Counted from the stretch's first letter, positions 11,358 through 25,195 are shown. The stretch: DNA of 64,000 bases from Phaeosaccion multiseriatum (GCA_965112735.1 OZ218950.1:2294001-2358000); one strand, 5' to 3'. The notes: generated by a model from the sequence alone, not told the origin. A program made the numbers and translations.

Positions 11358-12567
11358 AACGCATCGTGGCGCCGTACTTCTTTGCCTCGACGTTGCCCCT
11401 GGCCGCGAACGAAGTGCTGTCCCTGACCAGGTCGATAACGTCTTTCTTCTTGAAGGGAACGTCTGAGACGGGACAAGTCATTGTCGGGAAGCCGAACTGT
11501 CGCAGGGCGTCCTTCAGCATAATGTGACCGCTCTTCTTGAGCAGAACCACCTTTTCTCATGTGCGGCAGAAGTCAAGCAGTTGGTGTTACAAAGGGCAGC
11601 AGAGGGCAGAGGTGGAGGCAAGGAGGGTCAGAATGTATGTGGGGCAAGGAGCGTCAATTTAGCATTACGAAGCCCTTCCCTTTCTTTTCTCCCGCGATGT
11701 TAAGGACGATTTCTAGCAAATATAATATGCCCCCTCCCCCCGTCACAAAGACCATTTCATTAAAGGGCAGGCTCGCCCTACCACCCCCTTGTCCATAATG
11801 TATCCACCAAAACATACCTCTTGGCTGCTGATCTCCTTCCGGGTCACAGGGCAAAGGATACTTCCCTTGTTCCTCGCGCCACCCCCCGCCCCATCCTTGC
11901 TCTCGTCGAAGGTAAAGGTTGCCACTGAAAGCTCCTTGGTGCGCAGCGGCTTGCCAGACATTGGACTCCGGGGCCTCTTCTCCGGCGCGGAGAGGATGAC
12001 CTCGCCCCTGGTAGGCTGGAACACGGGCAACCACGGGCTGCTGTTCCGCAGCTGCTGCACCTTCTCCTCCTTGGTGTGGTCAATCACCTCGCGCTTCAAA
12101 GACTTGATGATTTCTGCTCGCTCCTTCTCCTCGAGAGCCTCCTTAGCCACCCCAGCAAGAGCAGTAGCAGCAGCAGCGGCCGCGACACTCTCTACTGCTG
12201 TTGTCTTCTTCTTGTGCTCAACCAAGGCCAATGAACTCCCTCCCGCAAAGGCCTTCACCCGTGTTCCCTCCGCCTTGGCCTCCGCCTCCAACTCCCTCTG
12301 CGCGTGTTCGCCAATCTGAGCCTCATAGGCCTCCCTTTCCTCCTTGAGTTCCTGCGTCTTCATGAGAATGTAAGAGTAGATGCACTCTCGGCAATAGAGG
12401 TGGCCGGACGGACTGACCATCGGAGACTGCGCCAAGTGCAGACAGAGACAGCAACTACCAAACTGCTGTTGGCTGTCCGCTCCCACCCGCGTGCTTTCGG
12501 TCCCGTACACATTCTTCAGACGGGCCTTCTCCTGGTAAGTGAAGTGGTCATTTCCCATTTTACCCAT
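11353..12567 (-). CDS. NOSIP: Nitric oxide synthase-interacting protein homologue (RING/U-box), 2 exons
   Basis: Exons 12567-11818 and 11550-11353. Motifs FTYQEK, RVGADSQQQFGSCCLCL, SPSGHLYCRECIYSYIL, SPWLP, SPMSGKPLRTKEL, LCPVT, SGH...CPVSDVPFKKKDVIDL...TSFAA. Confidence 0.85.
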
Positions 12568-12592
12568 GGTGGCTAGCTTCTTTCTCTCTCTC

Positions 12593-12677
<85 letters not shown>

Positions 12678-12987
12678 ATCGATTGCTCTGTCGCCGCCCT
12701 GCCGCTTCTGGAAATATCGAGGAGCACGATACCAAAAGTAGAGCTCCACCCCCCTATCCGATCCTTTTCCTCTCCGCCCTCTTTATCTCTTCTCTACCAA
12801 AAGTATAGCCCTAACCCTCCCCCCGGCATAAATAAACTCCCTCCCAATCTGTGCTCTATCTTTCTCTCTCTCTTCTCTCTGGCCCTCTCTATCTATCATT
12901 CTCTCTTGCTGTGAGTCTTCACTGCTTTACTAAGAGCAGCGACCGACCCGCGTTTGAATTGCTCGAAGCAATCCTCCTGCAACCAGG

Positions 12988-15063
12988 ATGCCCCCACGTT
13001 GGGAAGAGACTGCAGCTCATGTGGACGAGTGGTATGATGGTGCCAAGGAGAGGGAGGCGGCAGGCTGGGGCAGCAGCACGGAGCATCTCCTCCTCCTGCT
13101 CAAGGTTGTCTTGGTTGCAGTTGATCTCAACACCTCAAAGAAGGGCTACACTCCCCTCCATGCCCTGGTCGACATGGACAAGAAGAGCGAGAAGTCACGG
13201 TGCTCGGAGGAGAGGGGCATGAACATGCTGGATAGCGTCAGGCTGCTGCGGAAGTGCGGCTTGGACGTCTCTAAAAGTGGAAGTGCTTTGCACAAAGCTG
13301 CTTTGGAGGGGAACTTTGGCCTGGTCAAGGGGCTGGTGGAGGCGGGTGTAGATGTCAACGGGAAAAACGAGTATGGATGGTCTTCTCTCGCTTGTGCTGC
13401 TCATGGAGGTCACACCCTCATCGTGTGGTACTTGCTGCGGCACGGGGCGGTAGCGGCCGGCAGCGGGGCCTTGCATGACGCAGCCTTTTGCGGGAGCTCT
13501 GAGTGTGTCAAGCTGCTGCTCAAGGAGAGGGCCGACCCAAATGAGAAGAACCGAGACGATCACACGGCAGCCCAGGTCTTATGCATGGGGGAGAATGGGG
13601 ATGCGAGAGGGAGGAGGGACAGCCTGCGTTTGCTGCTCAAGAGCGGCGCCGATGTGAACGTCAAGACGCACAGAGGCAGTAGCCTCCTGCACCTTATCGC
13701 GGAGCGTGGCAACGAGCAGTGCATCCCGTTGTTGCTGGAGAACGGTTTGCAGATTGATTCCAGAAACAATCGTATGAGGACGCCGCTTTTTTGGGCTTGC
13801 TGCTTTGGACATTTGTCGTGTGCGAAGGATCTCATTCACCGTGGCGCGTCCCTGGACTTGGCTAATGATAATGGTAGCACACCCCTCTTCGGGGCGGTAT
13901 CCAAGGGTCACGCGAAGATCGTTGCCGAGCTCATACGGGCTGGTGCGTCTGTCAAGGTGAAGGACATAACTGCAGTGACACCCCTGCATATGGCCGCCGC
14001 TTTGGGCAGCAGCGAGGATGTCTATCTGCTGGTGGAGGCAGGGGCTGAGATCGATGCTCTCACGGACACCAAGCAAAGCCCTTTGATGGCCTGCATGCAT
14101 CCTGATGAAGAAGACATGTCAGAGGCGCTGCAGAGTTTCGAAACTGAAGCAGGAAGCAAGGAGGACCGCGAGGAGGTGGCCACGTTTCTCCTCAAGATGG
14201 GGGCTGCTGTCGACGAGAAGGTGTTCGATTTGGCTTCACAGAGCGGCTTCAGTGGGGTCATTGCCTCAATGTTCAACAAGGGGAGGGAGAAGGTGGAGGA
14301 TATCGCTGACAAGCTAGACACCGTAGCGGAGCACTATTCCGTGCTAGGTGGCAGCACTAACAAGGACGACATTTCTCAAGATGTGGTGTATGTGCGACTG
14401 GTGGACAAAGTGAGCGGTGCGAAGGGAGAGAAGCTGTACGCTTTGAGCATCCCTCTGGTGGAGCAGCTCATGAAGAAGGTCAGGGAAGGAGGAGGAGAAC
14501 GTTCTCCGAGCACCAGCGACCGCTCCTCGCCAGCGGGCATTCTCTCCACTTTACTGGACCCTTCCAAGCGCGGCTTCATGGGCAGTGGGAAGGGAAAGGG
14601 CAAAAGTAAGGGCAAGAGGAAGGAGGTGGAGCTGAAGTATGATGGTGTGTGCTTTACCGAGGAGGGCTTTGGAGCTGTGGTCAAGTTCGTCACCACGGGC
14701 AGCGTGGAGGAGCTGCTGACGACAAGGCCGGGATCAGCAGGGAAGAGGAGGAGAGGCCAAGGCAGCAGCAGTAGTGGAGGAAGGCAGGAGATGGGTGGCG
14801 ATGACGCAGGAGGCAGCAGCAGTAGCAGTAGCAGGGGTGGGAAGAGGAAGGAGCGCACGAAGCTGTTTGACGAGGTCAGAGCGAAGCAGGCCCTGCAGGC
14901 AGCGGACTTCTTCTGTCTGGAGAGCATGTCGAGGGAGGTGAAGGCTCTGATGAGCGAGTACGGCTTTGAGCTGCAGGAGGAGAAGGATGGAGGGGGAGAA
15001 GGAGGAGAGGGAGGTGATCGCGAAGGACAGCCCTCGCGAAAGAGAGCGAGGACTGATTCATGA
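12988..15063 (+). CDS. Intronless ankyrin-repeat protein with C-terminal BTB/POZ-like domain (paralogue 1)
   Basis: 691-aa ORF with about 9 ankyrin repeats (TPLH/TPLF, GADVN). C-terminal FTEEGFGAVVKFVTTG...ALQAADFFCLESM resembles the BTB core. Terminal basic NLS-like RKRAR. Confidence 0.85.
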   Translation: MPPRWEETAAHVDEWYDGAKEREAAGWGSSTEHLLLLLKVVLVAVDLNTSKKGYTPLHALVDMDKKSEKSRCSEERGMNMLDSVRLLRKCGLDVSKSGSALHKAALEGNFGLVKGLVEAGVDVNGKNEYGWSSLACAAHGGHTLIVWYLLRHGAVAAGSGALHDAAFCGSSECVKLLLKERADPNEKNRDDHTAAQVLCMGENGDARGRRDSLRLLLKSGADVNVKTHRGSSLLHLIAERGNEQCIPLLLENGLQIDSRNNRMRTPLFWACCFGHLSCAKDLIHRGASLDLANDNGSTPLFGAVSKGHAKIVAELIRAGASVKVKDITAVTPLHMAAALGSSEDVYLLVEAGAEIDALTDTKQSPLMACMHPDEEDMSEALQSFETEAGSKEDREEVATFLLKMGAAVDEKVFDLASQSGFSGVIASMFNKGREKVEDIADKLDTVAEHYSVLGGSTNKDDISQDVVYVRLVDKVSGAKGEKLYALSIPLVEQLMKKVREGGGERSPSTSDRSSPAGILSTLLDPSKRGFMGSGKGKGKSKGKRKEVELKYDGVCFTEEGFGAVVKFVTTGSVEELLTTRPGSAGKRRRGQGSSSSGGRQEMGGDDAGGSSSSSSRGGKRKERTKLFDEVRAKQALQAADFFCLESMSREVKALMSEYGFELQEEKDGGGEGGEGGDREGQPSRKRARTDS

Positions 15064-15465
15064 TTGGCAGACGAGTACAGGTATCGCAGAAAGACTGACA
15101 CGAGTGGAGAGGGGAGGAGCGAGGAGTATGGAGAGATTGGGAAGAGGCTTGACGGTTGTTCTGCCCTCTTACATGTCTTCTCCACTCTAATTTCCCCACC
15201 CTCATACACGGCTACCACTCGGCTTCCCCTCCCCGCTACTTTCATCGCCGCTTCCTCCGTGCTTGCTTGCTGCCTCTCCTTGAGCTTGCATTGGGGCATC
15301 TCGCCTCTGTTTAGAGAGTGACAATGTTTTCTTTTTTAAAAAAAAAAAAACACCAACGTACGTATTTTTATTTTGTAATGACCGAGTCCTCTGGGCCATG
15401 CCCCGTGCAAGAGCACGGACGGGTCCCGAACCCCTTGAGCAGCTTCTTTCCGAGGAGCTAACTCA

Positions 15466-18400
15466 TCAGCTGTGCGGGGGTCGAGGCCTCTGCTGAGCGC
15501 CTGCCGTGCCCGTCCGTACCACCTCCTGCACGCTGAACGGCGTCTTGTGCAGACAAAATCGCTTGGGAGGGCCTTCTTTCTGCCATCGCCGCCGCAGCTG
15601 CTGCTGCTGCTGCTGTTGCCCATATGACTGCCCTGCCCGGCCCATCGGGGCTTGTGCTTCCCCCCCCAAGTAGGCCCTGAGCTGCACTTCAAAGACGGTG
15701 CCCCTCGCAATAAGCTCCTGCAGCGCTTCGAGTGCCTTCTTGCCCTCCGCACTGAGAGCAGCGGTTTCGTCGCCGTCATTGTTGACCCCCTCCTCTCCTC
15801 CTCCTTTCGCCCCGATGCTAGCGGCAGCGCTTGCACTACCACTCGCAGCTGTTCGTTTGGTTTGTTTGTTTTGCGTCAGAAGACGGCACAGGCAGGCCGT
15901 GAGCACGACAGGAAGGAAGAGGAGGGCTTGAGAAAGGAGGACACAAGGTGTTGCTTCGGCGGGGTGCACCTCTCACCCTCAGGGTGAGGAGGCGGGGGAT
16001 GGGGTCGAGGGCGATCCCGGGCCACTAAACTGAAACTGGGTCGATGTGGTGCCCTCCCCAGCGGGAGAGAGAAAGAAAGAATGGACCAACCGTATCCATA
16101 CCTGTACCTGCCTGCCCATATGCCTGCCCATATGCCTGCCTGCCTACTTGCCCATACGGCCTGCCTGTCGCCAGCCAACAAACTTGTCCCCACCCACAGC
16201 CCACAGAGGTATTGACTCACCAACATGTGCACTTGACTGACCTTGGGAGAGGAAACGCTTGGCGCGGAGAGGACTCAGTATACCCGAGGCCCTAGGCCCG
16301 AAGGCGAGCGCTTCCACGTCACCGGTGTCATCCTCCATGCGAAGCGCAAAGAGGAAGATGGGCTGCCCAGAGCGAGGGTCCAATTGCACCCACTGGGGAG
16401 GTAGGGGAGGGGATGGGAGGGCCCAAGAGCAGGCAAGAGGGGGGGAAAGACAGTGTAATCGAGGGAGGGTGAAGAGGACGAAGTGGAGGTGTGAGGCGTC
16501 GTCGTCGGATACTGGAAGGACAACACACAGAAGGACCCTCCCCTATGTCTTCGTAACGTACGGAACGAACAAGCAACAACAAGATCGCGTGTGTACTATA
16601 CTTCGCTCGCAAAGGGCGGAAGGAAGCAACAGCATACTCTCCTCTCCTCTCCTCTCCTCATCCGCCGCCATCCCCTCCTCTCCTCTCCTCATCCATTGCC
16701 ATCCCCTCCTCTCCTCTCCTCTTTCCCTCCACCGCCATCCCCTCCTCCCCTCTCACTGTGCTACACCTACCCTACCTTGCTCACGCACGGCGGGTAGAAG
16801 CCCGTGAGTCGAACTCTGGCGTGAGCAGGCACCTCGCAAGCCCCTCCTTGGATGGATGCAAGGTTCTTGAGCTTGTGACCAGCGCTCGATGTGAGCTGGC
16901 GGCGGGGCGGAGAAGGCCTTCTGCTGCTGCTGCTCCCAGTACGATCTCCTCCTCCTCCGGCTGCTGCTCCTGCTGCTGGCCCTGCTGTGGCTGCCCCGCC
17001 ATCGGAGGCTCTGCCCTGTCTCTGCTGCTGCTGCTGCTGCTGCTGCTGGGCACGCCGAGGACCACTATCAACCCTCCACCTCTCCAAAACATGCTGCACC
17101 TCCTGCATGCCTGGCAAGCACGGGTTCACCGCCGACACATTGGGCAAAAAGCGCGCATCGAGGCGAGGCGGCCTTTCTCCACCCTGATACATGTTCTTCA
17201 CCACCTTAATGCGTCGCACACGCACCCACATGCCGGGTCGAAGAGGTATGGCTCCTCCGAGGTGCTCCTTGTCGAGTGCAACGTAGCAGAAACCTCCGAC
17301 TTCGAGCGATGTGGGGAAGGGCCCCGGTTGGCTGGTGTCCGCTACAGGTTGGTGGTTGGCGGCGACTGCTGCTGCGGGTGGTGGTACAGGTGGTGGTAGA
17401 GGTCCTCCTTCGCGGATACCACCACCACCATCTCCACCTCCACCACCACCACCACCACCAGTAGAAGTACCACCTGCGCTGATGCCTGCGGCTGCTCCCT
17501 TCCCCGTCGTAGCAGTGGCAGGAGGAGGCGCCGCTGCTGCTTGGAAGGCGGTTTCAGCAGCCTGGGCCGTCTCCTTCGCAGCGGTCTCCACGGCCGCGGC
17601 TTCAGCAGCAGCAACGGTTGCGCGTTGCAAGGCCCCCAGCACGTGTGTCTGTCGCTCAGGACCGAAGCCGTGGTTCAGCGGACCAGTGCCGTCCCAAAGC
17701 ACGATACCATCGTCCTTGACCTCAGCTACGGCAACCACAAGGTCCACCTCTGTGGCCCTGGTGGTGGGGTCGTGGTTGTTGGGGAAGGAGAGGACGCTTG
17801 ACATTTTGTAGCGCGGGGGGAATTCATACGCGAGTGGGGTGGAGGTGAGGACCCCTTGAAACCATGCCCACAGGCTGAGCACCTGTTGTTTGTATACGGG
17901 AGGGAGGGGGGGGGTAGAAGAGAGGGAGGGAGGGAGGGAGGGAGAAGGAGGGTAGGGAGGGAGGGAGAAGGAGGGAGGGAGTATAAGGGGGGGGGAAGGG
18001 AGGGAGGGAGGGGGAGGGAGTCTCACCTTGATCCCGTCCCTGGGGAGGATGGTCGGATTCTTGGACGAGTACTTGATGATCCACTGCGCCTTGTCCAGAG
18101 TGGAGGGCAGGGGGGCGGACAGCATGCTGGGAGACCAACACGCTTCTCTACTACTCGCACCTCCACCCCCCCCTGCTCCTCCTCCACCACCAGCGGCTGC
18201 GGCTGCGGCGGCTGCTCCTCCTCCCCGTTGAGAGAGACGTACAGCGTAGGCTGTTTCAAAGGCGGCTTTGTTGCGAAACACCACCCAGCTCGAGCCTACT
18301 TTGGGCTGAGGTATGTCATACATGCATCAGAACCATCAAGGCATACGGGCAGGCAGGCAGACAGGCCGACAGGCAGGCGAGGACAGCGAGAGGGGGTGTC

Positions 18401-20536
18401 ATAGACAGCAAGTGAGATAGATAGGTAGATAAGATAGAGAGAGAGAAAGAGAGCTTGGTAAGATAGATAGACAGACAGACAGATTGATAAATACATCGAT
18501 AGATAGACAGATTGGTAGATAGATCGATAGATAGACAGATTGGTAGATAGATCGATAGATAGACAGATTGGTAGATAGATCGATAGACAGATTAGTAGAT
18601 AGATCGATAGATAGACAGATTGGTAGATAGATCGATAGATAGACAGATTGGTAGATACATCGATAGATAGACAGATTGGTGGATAGATCGAGTGAACTTA
18701 CCTTGATAAGGAGCTGTGGCCTTTCCTTGTAGATGCTGCACGCGGCGCGATGGAAGCGCACGATGTCCCCCACCATGAGGAGGGAGGGAAAGTCCTGCAC
18801 GGAGTCAGCAAAAATGTTGCACTGCACAGCCTCCTTGAAGGGGGGGGGAGGGGGAGGAGGGGAGGGCGGGGGGGTAGTCAGTCAGTCAGTCAGTCAGTCA
18901 GTCAGTCAGTCAGTCGGTCAGTCGGAAGACAAAAGCCTATCGTGTCAGTCAGTCAGTCATTCAGTCAGTCAGTCAGTGTCTGGTGTAACCACCCACTACT
19001 CACTTGGTGCGTCGAAGCCGAGGGGTCAATAAGGTCCAAAGTGATGGAGTACTTTTCGGTGCCGTGGGAGGCCTTGCGGTGACCGAAGCTATACACCACC
19101 CCGTACACAGAAACCTGAGGGACTGGGGTCAGCTGGGAGGGAGGGGGGGTGGATGGGTGGATGGACAATTTGCTGCTCGATGACATGGGGTGAGGTCTAA
19201 ACTGAAACTGAAACTGAGTGCTGCCTCTCACCTCTGCCAGGCTCTTGTAGGTCTCCTGCCTATTGGCCTTTGCCTTGACGGCCGCTGCCGAGGCCGGTGG
19301 AGGACGTCCCTTGACGAGGGACGTGGAGGTGGTCCTGTGGCTGCTCTTCCTTCTCTTGCTACTGTTGTTGTTGCTGCTGTCGCCGCCCTTGCCCTTGCCA
19401 TTAGCGTTGGTGTTCGTGCTCGCGTCGGGCTGGGGGAGCACTGCGGCTCCGTCGATGCTGACCCAGCGCCCTGTCGCCTTTGACAGCACTCGAATGTGCG
19501 CGTCCCGGTAACCTTCTCCGGGGGCGAACACCAGGCAGCAGTGGTGGTCCTCCAGGGGGGCAGACAGGGGGGCGACGACCTTTCCCGAGATTTCCATTGC
19601 GTCTCCATTCTCCAGAAAGTAGGCCTTCCTCGCCCATGCGTCGTACAGATACACGACAATGCTTCCCGGAACAGGAGGTACAGGTGTGGTTAGTTCAGTG
19701 TCCAGGTAAGGAAGCGGAAGAGAGAAACAGAGGTTCGAACCCACCCCATCAACGGGCTCCTCGAGAATAAGGCCAAGGAAGACGAAGCAAGACACACACA
19801 CAGCACGCAGAATCGGGATCGCTTGGGGCTGGGCTGGGCCTCTACCTGGAGGTGCTGTCTGCAAACTCGAAGCTCACGACCTGTCAAGGGAGGGCAAAGG
19901 GAGCAGCAGAGCGACACGAGCACAAACGAAGTCACTCACTTGAGGTCAGACGATTCATGCTGGAAGGGGGGGGGATAGGCGTGCGACAGTAAATTCATTC
20001 AACGTCAAGGTTTGAGAGCAGCGGTCAGCGATGCGCTCTCCATCTGTCTTCCGTGGTTTCTGCTCTCACGGGGGGTCAAGTGCGAGCCAGCTCCATGGCT
20101 TCCTCACCTCCTTGTGATCTCCTTCAAGCGGCCCATTTGACTCCATGGTCCTCTCCCCTTCTAACGTGTTGGGCTCTTGGTCGTCGGTGCCATCCTCCTC
20201 TTCGTCCTCCTCAATGTCATCGAATCGCCCTTCCCCTCCTCCTGCTGGCGCTCCTCCACCTCCTCCTCCAGCCACTGCTGTTGCTGCTGCTACTGCTGCT
20301 GCAGCTGCTCCTGCTGCGACTGCCGAGGCGCCCCTGGGCCTTTTCTTGGAAGCCTGGGCCGCAGCATACAGCTGACGGGCACACACCCGCAGTCGGACAA
20401 GCATGTCCACCTTGCCCGTGAGCTTCACGGTCGTGGTGCTGGGTACGACCCGCTCTACCGTGGTCACCACCGAGGGAGACACACTTCCATTCCCCGCACC
20501 GGCAGAGGTGAGAACGAGGGGCAGAGGGGGGCTCAT
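15466..20536 (-). CDS. POT1: POT1-like telomere ssDNA-binding OB-fold protein, multi-exon
   Basis: Exon segments VSVYGVVYSF...YSITLDLIDPS and CNIFADSVQDFPSLLMVGDIVRFHR (OB1); VLSLWAW, VDLVVAV..VLWDGTG, LRPGMWVRVRRIKV (OB2); ARVRLTGFYP and FLFALRMEDDTGDVEA (C-terminal OB). Start codon and some boundaries are uncertain. Confidence 0.75.
18480..18690. repeat. ~28-bp GATA-based minisatellite in POT1 intron
   Basis: Unit GATAGATAGACAGATTGGTAGATAGATC repeated about 7 times. Confidence 0.85.
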
Positions 20537-21196
20537 TGTTGTACGGATAGAGTTGAGGAGCAGTGGGGCGGGTTGGCGTTGGAGTAGTTCTCCCGCCCTC
20601 TTCGTTCCCAGCGACCCTCTCCTTTGGCTCAAATGACCTCCATGGATTTAAAATCACCCTAGCCAAGGTCTGGTAGCACGAAGAGGGGTAGCTGAGTAGA
20701 GATTACATTTGGAAAAAAAAGAGGGGGATCGGGGATCAAGGGGGGAGGAGCCTCATCTCAAGCAATATTCTTGACATAATTTTCGATTTTCATTGACGTA
20801 CACCGGTGAGGCCAGTGCGGTGCGCGTGATATTTCCCCGAACATAGTTAGGTTATTGAGAGCCGACAGCGTTTGCAGCAGCAGCAAACGCCCACTCGCTG
20901 CCCACTGATATCCACCTGCGGCACCTACGGTGGTCAGGTGGAGGCGATTTGAGAAGCCGTATACGCAGGTCGAGTACGAGTGTGAGAAAGAAGGGAGAGG
21001 AGAAGCACGAGGAGTCGTACGACCGGTTTTACTGCAGACTCTTCCTCCTGCCCACACAACGGTGTCACCGTGAGAGGTGGTGGTGTAGTCGCCAGTTAGT
21101 AGACAGCCGGACAGGGCTCTGGTGGGATCACTGGGTTCGATTGCTTGGGCGACTGCCCACCCAACAGGAAGACAGGGGTAAGAACAGCTTGCATAA

Positions 21197-23325
21197 ATGT
21201 CTGAGTTCCGGAACTTGGCAAGCATGTGGGAGAATAAGGCAGTGACCACCCCATCCCCTGTGCGCACCGTCAAGTCCACACCTCCTGGGCCCGCAGCATC
21301 GGCAGCAGCACCAGCAGCATCAGAAGCAGGAGCAGATAGCACACCTTCCATACTGAAGGGGAAACGATATGGGACCGAGAACATCGTGAGCTTCACCCCT
21401 CCATCAAGAGGGCATACTTCGCCGGTGAAAGGGGCACACTGTTCGCCTGCTGCGATGACAACTCCTCCTCGTGATGCGTCTCCGGTCGGACAAGTACTTT
21501 CCGCTGAGCAGCCATCGTCAGAGGGCGCAGTCAACACGGGCAGTGCCCCCAAACGGGAGCGCAAGAGGGTAGGCTCGGTAGCCGAGAGAGCGGCGCTTTT
21601 TCAGAAGATGGGGGAGAACGGCAGCACGGGAGGAGGTGCAGGAGGAGGAGGAGGAGGAGGAGGAGGAGGAGTGGAAGGCCACGGCAAGAGCAAGAGCATG
21701 TACTCGGCTGGAATACTTCGGCAAGCAGGAGGGGATGGAGGGGCTGTCAGCTGTAGTAGCAGTGGCGGTGGCAAACCTCGGCGGCCGAGCTTAGACTTGC
21801 TCCGAGCTGGGGGCGCCGCCGGAAAGGTTGCGGGGCTGAAGAGCTTTCTCAGCGATGTGGGCTTCGTACCCGGACAGGAGCCGCCTCCGCGTGTGAGGAG
21901 GGTCATGTTCAGCGATGACGAGGAGGAAGAGGGGGAGGGGGACGAGGAGGAGGAGGGGGAGGAGGCTTCGGAGGAGGTGTACAATAATGAGGAGGAGGAG
22001 GGGGAGAGAGCAGTGCTCAACGCTGAAGAAGGCCAACGAGAAGGGGGCGAGGAGGGTGGTCAAGAAGGCCCTTCCTGTGTGGGAGCTTTTCGGCCTGTTC
22101 TCGCAAACGATACAGGCGCAGCTGGCGACCCTTCGGAGGAGGAGTTTGACTCTCACCCGGAGTTTCTCTCTCTCGGTGATTCTGCTGCTGCCGCTGCTGA
22201 AGCTCGACGAGCTCTGGAGACGGAGAGGGAGGTTGTGGCCGCAAACGTTCAGCACTTCGACACTGCCCCAGCCACTCCGGAGCAGCAGTGCGAGGGCCAC
22301 ACCCCGACTGCCAGGGAACAGGAGGCTGCGATTAAAATCGCTTCCTTGGGCCTTGTGCTCATAGCCAGAGGGGCTGTGCGAAGGAAGCTGGTGGGTGAGG
22401 TGGCGGCGTTTGAGATGGTAATGCACAAGGGCATTCAGGTGATCAAGCATCCGTACGGGGGGAGTCACTACTACGCCAGGCCAAAACCGAAGATGTTGCA
22501 GTTCGTGGTACGCAAGAGTTCAGGAGGAGGCGGGGGGGGCGGATCGGAAGGAGAAGGAGGAGGAGAAGGAGGAGGAGGAGGGGGACGAGGGAAGAGGAGA
22601 CAGAGGGCGGAATCATCGTGCAGCGAGCAGCAGTGTCTTACCTGGGGCCCTGGGAAGAGCTTCGTGCCATTGGACTCCATCCTCGGCATTGCAAAGGGCA
22701 TTGAAACCTCCTCTCTCAAGCGCACGGCAGACCCCTCGGCCAAGGAGAGATGCTTCTCCCTGCTCACTCCGGGTCGAACAGTCGATGTGGAGGTGAGCAA
22801 CCCGTGGTTGTGCTTGCTAGTGGTGCGGGCCTTTCGAATGTATCTGGGTGTGAACTACAGCTCCGTTCAAGCACCCGCCTTCTTCTCCCCGCTCCGTCTG
22901 CGGCCGCCGGGCACCGAGCGGGGTGTGAAGGCCAGTGGTCGCATCGTAAGAAGCAGCACCATTAGTGGGGCTGGAGTCGTGCAGGCTTGCCTGACGGAGA
23001 GCAGTGACGACAGCTACCCTGATGACGGAGGAGGAGAAGGAGCAGACGGGGCAGACGGAGAAGAAGAAGGAGGAGAAGGAGAAGAAGAAGAAGAAGAAGA
23101 AGAATTAAGAGGAGGAGGAGGAGAAGAAGGAGAAGAACAAGGAGGAGGAGGAGAAGAAGAAGAAGGAGAAGGAGAAGAGGTGCAGGTGGAGACGCTCAAG
23201 GGGAGGACCTTTTCTTTTATGCAGTTACCGTCATGGGATACGTACGAACCCCGACTTTGGCGGACGCTCTCCCCAAGGGATACGACAAGTGGGGGTGTTG
23301 GTGCGATAGAGGGCAGCAGCGGAGG

Positions 23326-23368
<43 letters not shown>

Positions 23369-24310
23369 CCCCCGTCGAGGTCCAGGCGGGGAGGTGGGGG
23401 TGGGGGAAGGCTCGGAGCAAGGGTGGGTGCAGAGGCGGGGGCTGGAGGTGGTGGAGCTGGGACTAACAAAGACACCCACAAGCCTGGGGAGTGGGTCATG
23501 TCTTTTTCCTTTCCGGGGAAAGCGGACCTCTACTCGCATATAGTGGGCAAGAGAGGAGGAGGAGGAGGAGGAGGAGGAGGAGGAGGGGGAGGGACGAAGA
23601 GGAGTCGGCGGTGGATGTTTGGAGGGCGAGGAGAGCGCGGGGGGGGTGAGGGTGGTGGTGATAATGGGACGACTGTTGAGGACGACGACATGGACGAGAA
23701 GATTATGACTGATTTGAATGAAAAGCTGCAGAGTCTAAGGAGACTGTGCGCGCTGGACGGGGAGCAGCAGCAGCGGCAGTTGGTGATACAGCGGCAGCAG
23801 CAGCAACAGCAGCAGCAGGAGGAGGAGGCGGGAGGGGCGGGGGGGGGAGGGGGGCGAGCCATAGCAGGTGGTGATTCAGCGACATCAACAGCTGAAGGAG
23901 AAGGGGTCTCGACGCCGCACCGGAGAGCAGCCACGATGGCCATGCGGAATAAGACCTTCTTCCACGGTGGGGGGGTAGAGCAGGGAGGTACGGCCACCAC
24001 CCCCACCGTCACCCCCAACTCGAGTACCTGCGGCAGTAGCAACAACAGCAACAGTAAGAACATCATCATCAACAACAACAACGACAACAACAAAAGCAAT
24101 AACAACAACAACTACAAGGGCAAGAGCAACAACAACCACAAGAGCAAGGGCAGGAGCAGCGCTAGGCCGGCTTCACCGCAGCGCAAGGGATTGGGAGTGT
24201 TGGGGGGGGCTGGTGGGGGCATGGCGGAGGAGGAGAGAGAGAAGAAGAAGATGGAGATGTTGTTCGTGCACAAGGGGACGCGATCGAGCGTCGGAGCAAA
24301 TAGTGACTGA
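21197..24310 (+). CDS. Large low-complexity protein with central PH domain (PLC/Mcp5-like PH)
   Basis: 1037-aa uninterrupted ORF. MHKGIQVIKH...PKPKMLQF...LTWGP...VPLDSILGIAKG...RCFSLLTPGRTVDVEV is PH-like. The rest is G/E/Q/N-rich. Confidence 0.7.
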
Positions 24311-24745
24311 GCTCTCACTGACTTACTTCACTGTGCGTGGGGTGCGTGGGTGTGTGAGTGTCGAGGGGACGAGGATCAGGTGTCGGAGGGGGAGTGGGCT
24401 GCAAGACCTGTACGTACTGTTATTGTAAGATTACTTACGCAAGGGGGGACGCGTTTATAGAGTTTCCAGTTAGAGTTAGCTGGGGGGGGTGGGCGGGGGT
24501 GCGGTCTTGATGGACCCCCTCAGACGCCTCGCGTGCAAGGAGGCCGAGGTCACTCCTGTGGGTCATCCACCCACTGTACGTAGGGGCTGGGCTTGTTGAG
24601 AGCTATACAAGGTATATATGGACCTGTGATAGAGTAGACTTACACTGTATACTTCCGTATGCATTACACTGCGTCTAATACATGTATGATAGCGATATAT
24701 CGACCAACAGCAAAACAATCAACTGAGCACAAGTGGTGTGTCCAT

Positions 24746-24940
<195 letters not shown>

Positions 24941-25195
24941 GTGTGCGTGTGTGTGTGCGTGTGTGCGTGCGCGTGTGTTTGTGTGCGCGCGCGCGTGTAT
25001 GTGTACGAAGGCGATCCGAATGCTTGAGGATTTGAGGAGATTTAGGGTCGATTTCGACTTTTGACTTTGGGTGTCAACTTTAAAAATCGAATCGCATCAT
25101 TAAATTGCCTGTGAGAGCCGCTCACCCTCCTCTCTCTCTCCCTCCCTCTCTCTCAAAGGGTCTTTGTGAATTGCTCACCACCCCAGGCAGCAGCC

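Noticed and set aside
14376-15299. 307-aa antisense ORF (and its counterpart 38871-39638)
   Set aside because: Shadow ORFs of the GC-rich ankyrin-BTB coding strand.
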